Made by a program: the position numbers and the translations under genes
NCBI GenBank assembly: GCA_045658365.1
Contig: JAZOUU010000103.1
Location: 15,206 to 79,205, forward strand
DNA: 64,000 nucleotides
Direction: 5' to 3'
Source: Faecousia sp.
Lineage (GTDB): Bacteria > Bacillota > Clostridia > Oscillospirales > Oscillospiraceae
Part shown: positions 58,159 to 64,000 of the stretch, piece by piece
Layout: the number at the start of each line of letters is the position of its first letter
How positions within the stretch are numbered: position 1 is the first letter of the stretch
The notes under the pieces: generated by a model
The model's database searches: none
What the model saw: only the letters and a program-made list of their open reading frames with translations
Told to the model about the DNA's origin: nothing

Positions 58159-58235
58159 TGGTCCGAGTGTCGAGATTCGAACTCGAGGCCTCTTGAACCC
58201 CATTCAAGCGCGATACCAAACTTCGCCACACCCGG
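58159..58235 (-). tRNA. tRNA-Pro(GGG)
   Basis: Cloverleaf CCGGGTG/CACTCGG, anticodon loop ATGGGGT, GTTCGAAT, encoded CCA. Confidence 0.95.
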
Positions 58236-58318
58236 ATATGCTTGCGTTTCTCAACGCCAGAGTATCTTAGCATACCTTGGCGAAAAATGCAAGCATTATT
58301 TTTGATTTTTTTAAATAT

Positions 58319-58534
58319 TTATTCTCCAATGTTGGCTTTTATGACCTTGCCCAAATTCCAAAGCATAGCCACCTTCCGCTCAGCTTCCTCTTTTTCCTGG
58401 TCATTGTTATATTCTACGTAGACGGTATGGCTGCCGCAGTCCGCGCATTCTACCTGGACAGACCAGCCTCCCTCGTGAATCAGCATTCCGTTGCCCCGGC
58501 AGCAGGGGCAGATTTCCAGTTCAATATCTTTCAT
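58319..58534 (-). CDS. Small zinc-ribbon protein (Lar restriction-alleviation-like)
   Basis: L..CPCC.G, V.C.DCG, terminal WN. Confidence 0.65.
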   Translation of the reverse strand: MKDIELEICPCCRGNGMLIHEGGWSVQVECADCGSHTVYVEYNNDQEKEEAERKVAMLWNLGKVIKANIGE

Positions 58535-58544
58535 CCAAAAGCTC

Positions 58545-59204
58545 CTATCTAAATAATTGTTCCTGTGCGTCATAAATTTCAATGCGTTTGCACATGCAGA
58601 AATCCGGTTTGCATTCCGGCAGATACTCTGCGATGGCGGCATGCAGATGCATGGGATTTAAGGACGGGTTCTGGCAGCAGACCCGCGCCGACAGCTGCAG
58701 CGTATTCTCATCTGCCCGGGAAAGGGTGAACTTCCGAATCATAGGAATGATATCCTGACGGACAGTTCCGTTCTTTCCTTTCTTTTCCACAGTTAGTATT
58801 TCCCGGGAAAAGAGGGAAGATATTTCTTTTTTTGCGTTTTCCGGAATACCCTCATCATATTCAAGGGTTAGTTCACAGTCCAAATAGGTAAGATTTTTGA
58901 TCTTGGCGCCGTCGGAATACACCGCCAGCACCCGGATGCCATCGATCAGCGCATTATTTAGTCCCTGCAAAACGGTCTGGTCCGAAATGGGTTCGCCCTC
59001 CAACGCAAAATCCAAAAGCTCACACCGGCTTTCTACCCCGACAGACAGGGGAAGCGCAATGGAAACAGAGGGACGGGGATTAAAGCCCTGGGTATGGGTC
59101 AGGGGAAACCCGGCCCGTTTAAAGGCGCGCTGAAAGACCCGCATCAAATCCAGATGGGAGATCCAAATTGCTTTTCCGGTCTTTTCAAACAGCAATCTAG
59201 GCAT
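58545..59204 (-). CDS. Radical SAM-linked protein (TIGR03936/DUF2344)
   Basis: F.K.G....ISHLDLMR...RA..RA.......QGFNP.P. Confidence 0.9.
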   Translation of the reverse strand: MPRLLFEKTGKAIWISHLDLMRVFQRAFKRAGFPLTHTQGFNPRPSVSIALPLSVGVESRCELLDFALEGEPISDQTVLQGLNNALIDGIRVLAVYSDGAKIKNLTYLDCELTLEYDEGIPENAKKEISSLFSREILTVEKKGKNGTVRQDIIPMIRKFTLSRADENTLQLSARVCCQNPSLNPMHLHAAIAEYLPECKPDFCMCKRIEIYDAQEQLFR

Positions 59205-61032
59205 CGCATTTCACCTCCTGCAGCAGTCGGTTTGCACCGCAGCCGGCGCAGCCTTCCCGACAGTCCGGGGTGATCATTTCCGCATAGGCCCGCTTTCGCT
59301 CCCGGAGCAGGAATTTCTTATCTACGCCCACATCGATGGTGTCCCAGGGGAGAATTTCATCCTCTGCGTAGCCCCGCACCGTGTAAAAGTTCGGGTCAAT
59401 TCCACATGCCTGAAAGGCATCAAACCATTTCGCGTAATTGAAGTACTCATCCCAGCCATCCAGCCGAGCGCCATTCATGACAGCCTGTTCAATTACCGGG
59501 CCCAAACGCCGGTCGCCCCGGGCAAAGACAGCCTCCAGACGGCTCAGATCCGGAGCATGGTAATCGTACTCAATAGACTTGGAATACAAATGGCTCTTGA
59601 GCAGTTTGCACCGGCGCAAATATTCCTCCGGTGTAATTTGCTTTTCCCACTGGAACGGTGTATGGGGTTTGGGCACAAAATAGGCTGTGGCCACGTGGAC
59701 TCGCAGCCCACGTTTCTTGTTCACCGCATGTTCTTTCCACGCAAGAATGATTTTATACACCAGCTCAGCTATGCCCAAAACGTCCTCGTCGGTTTCCGTG
59801 GGCAGACCCAGCATGAAATACAGCTTCACGTTATTCCAACCGCCGGAAAAGGCATTGGCGCAGGTTGTGAGGATTTCCTCTTCCTTTAGGTTTTTGTTGA
59901 TCACATCCCGAAGTCGTTGCGTACCGGCCTCCGGCGCAAAGGTAAGGCCGCTTTTGCGCACAGTTTGCAGCTTCTCCATCAGCTCCCGGGAGAAATTATC
60001 CGCCCGAAGGGAGGGAACGGAAAGATTGACCTTGTGATCAGCGCAGTAGGGGATCAACGCATCTGTCAGCTCTTTCAACCCCCGGTAGTCGGAGGTGGAC
60101 AGGCTGGACAGGGTGATTTCATTATTTCCGGAATGCTCCAGAGTAGATACTGCTTGATTATAAAGAACCTCCGGGCTTTTCTTTCGCACCGGGCGGCAGG
60201 AGAAGCCTGCCTGGCAGAAGCGGCAGCCCCGGATGCAACCCCGGAACACCTCCAGATTCGCCCGGTCATGGACGATTTCCGTAGAGGGAACAATCATGTT
60301 ATCCGGCCAATAGGCCTTGTCCAAATTTTCTACGATGCGCTTGGTGATCCGCTCCGGCGCGCCCTCTAAGGGAGTAATGGCTTCCAGAGTGCCGTCTTCC
60401 CGATACGCATGGCGGTAGAAAGAGGGGACATACACCCCGGGAATTTTGGCAACATCCTGCAGAAACTGATCCTTACTCCAGGATTCTGCCTTGGCGCGAT
60501 CGTAAAGGGATACGATTTCCACTGTGATATCCTCGCCCTCACCCAGGGAGAAGAAGTCAATAAACTCCGCCAGTGGTTCGGGATTAAAGGCGCACACGCC
60601 GCCGGCAAATACCATCTGATTCAGCCCGGTGCGATCCTTTGCGTGGAGGGGCACACCGGCGAGCCGCAGCATATTGAGAATGTTGGAATAGCTCATTTCG
60701 TAGCCGATGGTAAAGGCAATCATGTCAAAATCCTTCACCGGCTGTTGGCTTTCCAATGCCCAAAGGGGCAGATTATGCTGGCGCATGGCATCTTCCATGT
60801 CTCCCCAGGGGGCGAAGACCCGCTGACACCACACACCGTCCATCTGATTCATGACACCGTAAAGAATCCGCATACCCACATTGGACATGCCGATTTCATA
60901 GGTATCCGGGAAACAAAACGCAATATTGACCCGAATGTCTTCGGGATTTTTCTGAATTTCATTAAATTCTCCGCCAGTATACCGGGCAGGCTTTTGCACC
61001 GTTGGGAGAATCCTCTGCAGCAAGTTAGTCAT
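59197..61032 (-). CDS. B12-binding radical SAM protein (TIGR03960)
   Basis: KPARY.GGE, FPD.YEIGMS, RGCIRGCRFCQAG, APEAG, PKP.TPFQW. Confidence 0.92.
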   Translation of the reverse strand: MTNLLQRILPTVQKPARYTGGEFNEIQKNPEDIRVNIAFCFPDTYEIGMSNVGMRILYGVMNQMDGVWCQRVFAPWGDMEDAMRQHNLPLWALESQQPVKDFDMIAFTIGYEMSYSNILNMLRLAGVPLHAKDRTGLNQMVFAGGVCAFNPEPLAEFIDFFSLGEGEDITVEIVSLYDRAKAESWSKDQFLQDVAKIPGVYVPSFYRHAYREDGTLEAITPLEGAPERITKRIVENLDKAYWPDNMIVPSTEIVHDRANLEVFRGCIRGCRFCQAGFSCRPVRKKSPEVLYNQAVSTLEHSGNNEITLSSLSTSDYRGLKELTDALIPYCADHKVNLSVPSLRADNFSRELMEKLQTVRKSGLTFAPEAGTQRLRDVINKNLKEEEILTTCANAFSGGWNNVKLYFMLGLPTETDEDVLGIAELVYKIILAWKEHAVNKKRGLRVHVATAYFVPKPHTPFQWEKQITPEEYLRRCKLLKSHLYSKSIEYDYHAPDLSRLEAVFARGDRRLGPVIEQAVMNGARLDGWDEYFNYAKWFDAFQACGIDPNFYTVRGYAEDEILPWDTIDVGVDKKFLLRERKRAYAEMITPDCREGCAGCGANRLLQEVKCDA

Positions 61033-61078
61033 AATATAACCTCTTAAACGTGGTAACGCTATTGTACCCTTTACGAGG

Positions 61079-61654
61079 TTACTTTTCAAGGGATTTTTCC
61101 GAAAAAGTACGAAACAGGGCTACGGCAGCCATCAACATGGGTATAATTCCTAAATTCCAAATAAAAGTAGCAGCGAGCCCCAGGGCGCACAGCGTAAATC
61201 GCGCAACCGTTTCTGCGATGGTGCAAAAACGGCTGGCTGCGTTCGGCGGCAGCAGCATCTGACTGATGCACCGCAGTGCCCGACCTCCGTCCAGAGGAAA
61301 CAAGGGAAGAAGATTATATGCCGATTGAACCATGGCGCAAACGGCAGTCCGTGGCAGCCATTTTGCAAAGAGCAAAAGGGTCAGCCCACCGATTGGCCCG
61401 GCCAAGGCGCAAAAAAATTCCTTACCCCGGCTGATGCAGTCCAGCTCCATCACAGCGCCACCGACGCCAATTTGCAGACGCAGCACCTTACACCGGCACA
61501 GCTTGAGGGCAAGATAGTGAAAAAACTCATGGACAGCAGCGGCCAAAGCGGCTGCCATCAGCCATTTTAGTGGCAATACCAATAGCATCAATGCTGCAAG
61601 AATGTAAAATGATCCGCTGATACGGAGGCGATGACTGGCAAATTTACGTCCCAT
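61079..61654 (-). CDS. Site-2 protease (M50), SpoIVFB-like
   Basis: HEFFH, ALAGP, NLLP..PLDGGR. Confidence 0.85.
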   Translation of the reverse strand: MGRKFASHRLRISGSFYILAALMLLVLPLKWLMAAALAAAVHEFFHYLALKLCRCKVLRLQIGVGGAVMELDCISRGKEFFCALAGPIGGLTLLLFAKWLPRTAVCAMVQSAYNLLPLFPLDGGRALRCISQMLLPPNAASRFCTIAETVARFTLCALGLAATFIWNLGIIPMLMAAVALFRTFSEKSLEK

Positions 61655-61916
61655 TGGCAATGATGTTTCGGCAAAAGGCGGTGATTGCGTCCATGAAGGA
61701 TTCGCCCTGCTGTAGATTATCCGCAAGATCCTCCAGGGCGGCTGCGGTGACAGCGCTATCACCGGGCAGCAACAAATTCTGCGCCCAGGGAAGGTGCAGT
61801 GCGGTTATTACGAGACAGCTGATGCCAAGAGTGGTAACGATTACTAAAACACGTTTGCTTTTCTTCGCAGTTCTCCTGTTCGGCCCTACCAGATTGTATT
61901 TGATTTGATATGCCAT
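61644..61916 (-). CDS. Small membrane protein upstream of the M50 peptidase
   Basis: RBS AAGGGGG, single TM, overlaps the next gene; sigma-E-like gcATgatt...cATAaatT upstream. Confidence 0.7.
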   Translation of the reverse strand: MAYQIKYNLVGPNRRTAKKSKRVLVIVTTLGISCLVITALHLPWAQNLLLPGDSAVTAAALEDLADNLQQGESFMDAITAFCRNIIANGT

Positions 61917-61989
61917 GGTCATCCCCCTTTTCTTAAATTTATGACTGTGGGAGAAAATCATGCCATCGGCTGAAAATTCCTACCGGGTC

Positions 61990-62018
61990 TTGACAAGTCA
62001 TTGGAATTTTATTATAAT
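61990..62018 (+). promoter_or_regulatory. Consensus sigma-A promoter of tRNA-Pro
   Basis: TTGACA-N17-TATAAT. Confidence 0.9.
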
Positions 62019-62029
62019 ACTTTGGCTAT

Positions 62030-62106
62030 CGGGGTGTGGCGAAGCTTGGTATCGCGCTTGGTTCGGGTCCAAGAGGCCTCGGGTTCGAATCCCGACACTC
62101 CGACCA
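62030..62106 (+). tRNA. tRNA-Pro(CGG)
   Basis: CGGGGTG/CACTCCG acceptor stem, anticodon loop TTCGGGT, GTTCGAAT, CCA. Confidence 0.95.
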
Positions 62107-62108
62107 AA

Positions 62109-62142
62109 AATTAAGAGGGAGGTAACCGCCTTCCTCTTAATT
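62109..62142 (+). terminator. Terminator after tRNA
   Basis: aattaagagggagg / ccttcctcttaatt. Confidence 0.7.
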
Positions 62143-62379
62143 GTTCTTCCAAGGAAAGACGGGATTTGTTTTTCATAGGGGTAATACGACAAAAAATGTT
62201 TCTGCTAACCATATTCTGTTGATTTATCAGGTGTAGTTCGTTATAATAAAAGCACCAAACATAATGGAAACAACGCCTGTAAATACCGCAAGATGACTGG
62301 GATGAAATTGTAACCGGTTGCGGGAAGTGACATTTTTCTTACTGCATATATTTCACACCAATTTGGCAGGAGTACTACT

Positions 62380-63636
62380 ATGGAATACAATGTTTTGATG
62401 AATTTGGTATCGGAAATCGGTTCCCGTTTGGCTATAGCAGGAGCTGAGACCTATCGGGTGGAGGAGAGTGTCATCCGGATTCTCAATGCCTATGGACTTA
62501 CAGCTAAGGTCTATTCCGTTCCAAACAGCTTGATTATTACCATTTTGGTCCCGGATGGTCTTCCCATTACCCAGCTTTGTCGAGTGGATAGCCGCGGGAA
62601 TGATTTAGATGCGGTGGAACAGTATAGTAACCTCAGCCGTCGTATTTGTGCTGAAGTGCCTCCTCCCCAGCAGGCACTGCAATGGCTTCAATCCACTGAA
62701 AAAGCCTGCAAGCACTATGGCCTTCCTATGGCCCTGCTGGGTCACATGTTGGTGGCTAGCGGATTCTGCATTTTCTTTGGAGGAAGTCTAAAGGATTGCC
62801 TGTGCGCCTGCCTGTGCGGCCTTCTTTTAGGTCTTGTGACGCATTATCTGGATAAGGTGAAAACCAATGCTTTCTTCCAGAAAATTGCGGCAGCCTTTAC
62901 AATGGCCTTCTGCGCCTACATCCTTGGAACACTGGGTGTTGTGGACAATGTAGATACTGCGGTCATCGGCACGTTGATGCTTTTGGTGCCGGGCCTGTTG
63001 TTCACAAACGCCCTTCGGGATATTATCTTTGGTGATACCAATTCCGGTATCAACCGAATTGTAGAAGTCCTGTTGATTGCTGCAGCGATTGCGCTGGGTA
63101 CTGCCGCTGCCTGGAACTTGAGTATTTCTCTCTGGGGGCACCTTACTGTCACATCGCCCCTGTCCTACGGTCCAATACTTACTTGCATTATCAGCTTTGC
63201 GGCCTGTGCAGGCTTTGTAATTGTATTCAACATTCACGGCTACGGTAACCTCCTGTGCGCACTGGGAGGCAGCATCACCTGGGGCACCTATTGTATTGCG
63301 GCACACTTTGGGTGTAGTGATCTTCTGTGCTACTTCATCGCCACCATCACCGCGGCAATCTTCGCTGAGGTGATGGCCCGGGTGCGCAAATACCCCGCCA
63401 TCTCCTATCTTGTTATCTCTCTGCTTCCTTTGATACCCGGCGCCGGCATTTACCATACTGCTCAGCAAGCTGTACAGGGCAATGTGGATGGCTTCATCTC
63501 CTATGGTGCCCAGACCCTGGCCATTGCCGGTGCTATGGCTGTTGGAATTCTATTGGTTAGTACCATTGTACGAATCATACAGGCACGGCGCAGTGTTAGG
63601 AAGAGCCTTCTGGAAAAAGAACCGGATCGAGTATAA
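62380..63636 (+). CDS. Threonine/serine exporter family protein (fused ThrE domains)
   Basis: GAETYRVEE, LVPG...TNA.RD, PLIPG..IY; multiple TMs. Confidence 0.88.
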   Translation: MEYNVLMNLVSEIGSRLAIAGAETYRVEESVIRILNAYGLTAKVYSVPNSLIITILVPDGLPITQLCRVDSRGNDLDAVEQYSNLSRRICAEVPPPQQALQWLQSTEKACKHYGLPMALLGHMLVASGFCIFFGGSLKDCLCACLCGLLLGLVTHYLDKVKTNAFFQKIAAAFTMAFCAYILGTLGVVDNVDTAVIGTLMLLVPGLLFTNALRDIIFGDTNSGINRIVEVLLIAAAIALGTAAAWNLSISLWGHLTVTSPLSYGPILTCIISFAACAGFVIVFNIHGYGNLLCALGGSITWGTYCIAAHFGCSDLLCYFIATITAAIFAEVMARVRKYPAISYLVISLLPLIPGAGIYHTAQQAVQGNVDGFISYGAQTLAIAGAMAVGILLVSTIVRIIQARRSVRKSLLEKEPDRV

Positions 63637-63770
63637 TATGCATAAGACAGATGAAGTTGTGATTACACACTTTTTTGTCAAATCCTATAAAACAACTCGT
63701 ACCAAAATTGTGGGAATAGCAAAAGCTATTCCCACAATTTTTATCGTCGCGGGATTCAAAGAAAGTGGAT

Positions 63771-63804
63771 AAAAAACCCCTGACCGAAAAGGTCAGGAGT
63801 TTTT
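63771..63804. terminator. Bidirectional terminator
   Basis: aaaaaacccctgacc / ggtcaggagttttt. Confidence 0.7.
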
Positions 63805-63813
63805 ATTATATGC

Positions 63814-64000
63814 TTACAGCGTTTCCAACACAGCGTTGATACGCTCCACGGTGCGCTCCTTGCCGAGAATCTGCATGACGGTATACAGATCCGGGGAATT
63901 GACCTTGCCGGTCACGGCCTGGCGGATGAAGGTGGAGATATCTGCCACCGTGCCGGGGAAGGCATCGGGATCTGCCTTGTAGGCCTTCATATCGGTGGTA
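63814..64000 (-). CDS. gltX: C-terminus of glutamate-tRNA ligase (truncated by window edge)
   Basis: Reverse-strand translation ...MKAYKADPDAFPGTVADISTFIRQAVTGKVNSPDLYTVMQILGKERTVERINAVLETL*. Confidence 0.8.
   Translation of the reverse strand, partial: TTDMKAYKADPDAFPGTVADISTFIRQAVTGKVNSPDLYTVMQILGKERTVERINAVLETL

Noticed and set aside
57786-58189. Possible CRISPR-like array
   Set aside because: Repeats are tRNA-derived, few and unevenly spaced; no cas genes in the window
62250-62345. Possible T-box or riboswitch upstream of thrE
   Set aside because: Only one hairpin (ccgcaa/ttgcgg); no T-box GGTGG consensus or other recognisable motif

Overview
Firmicute (Clostridia, Oscillospiraceae-like, spore-forming) chromosomal window with two halves. 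Positions 1-~32.2 kb are a visibly AT-richer composite genomic island that abuts the 3' end of guaA; its left end lies outside the window. The island carries: (1) defence loci: the tail of an SMC/ABC-type ATPase, a convergent TIR + ThsA-like (SIR2-SLOG) Thoeris-type pair, a complete three-gene Lamassu/ABC-3C system, a DUF3990/DUF3791 module and a 2TM + SAM-methyltransferase pair; (2) an ECF sigma/DUF4367/secreted-protein locus whose putative promoter (TGTCCAA-N16-CGTTACTATAG) is seen three times upstream of secreted-protein operons and once, with the same spacing, inside the sigma gene; (3) a repressor/xis/int/mobC-like mobile module; (4) an unusual coupled pair of tyrosine-recombinase-fold genes, one fused to a degenerate DNA-methyltransferase-like domain. 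Positions ~32.2-64 kb are core genome: short guaA, pfkB-family kinase, pdxK, ybaK, tepA, uppP, ftsK, spoIIIAA-AH, nusB, xseAB, ispA, a sigma/RsgI/PepSY fusion, lplA, glgB, two tRNA-Pro genes (one followed by tRNA-derived repeat units), a radical SAM pair, thrE and the end of gltX. All family calls come from motif recognition by eye; no database searches were run.
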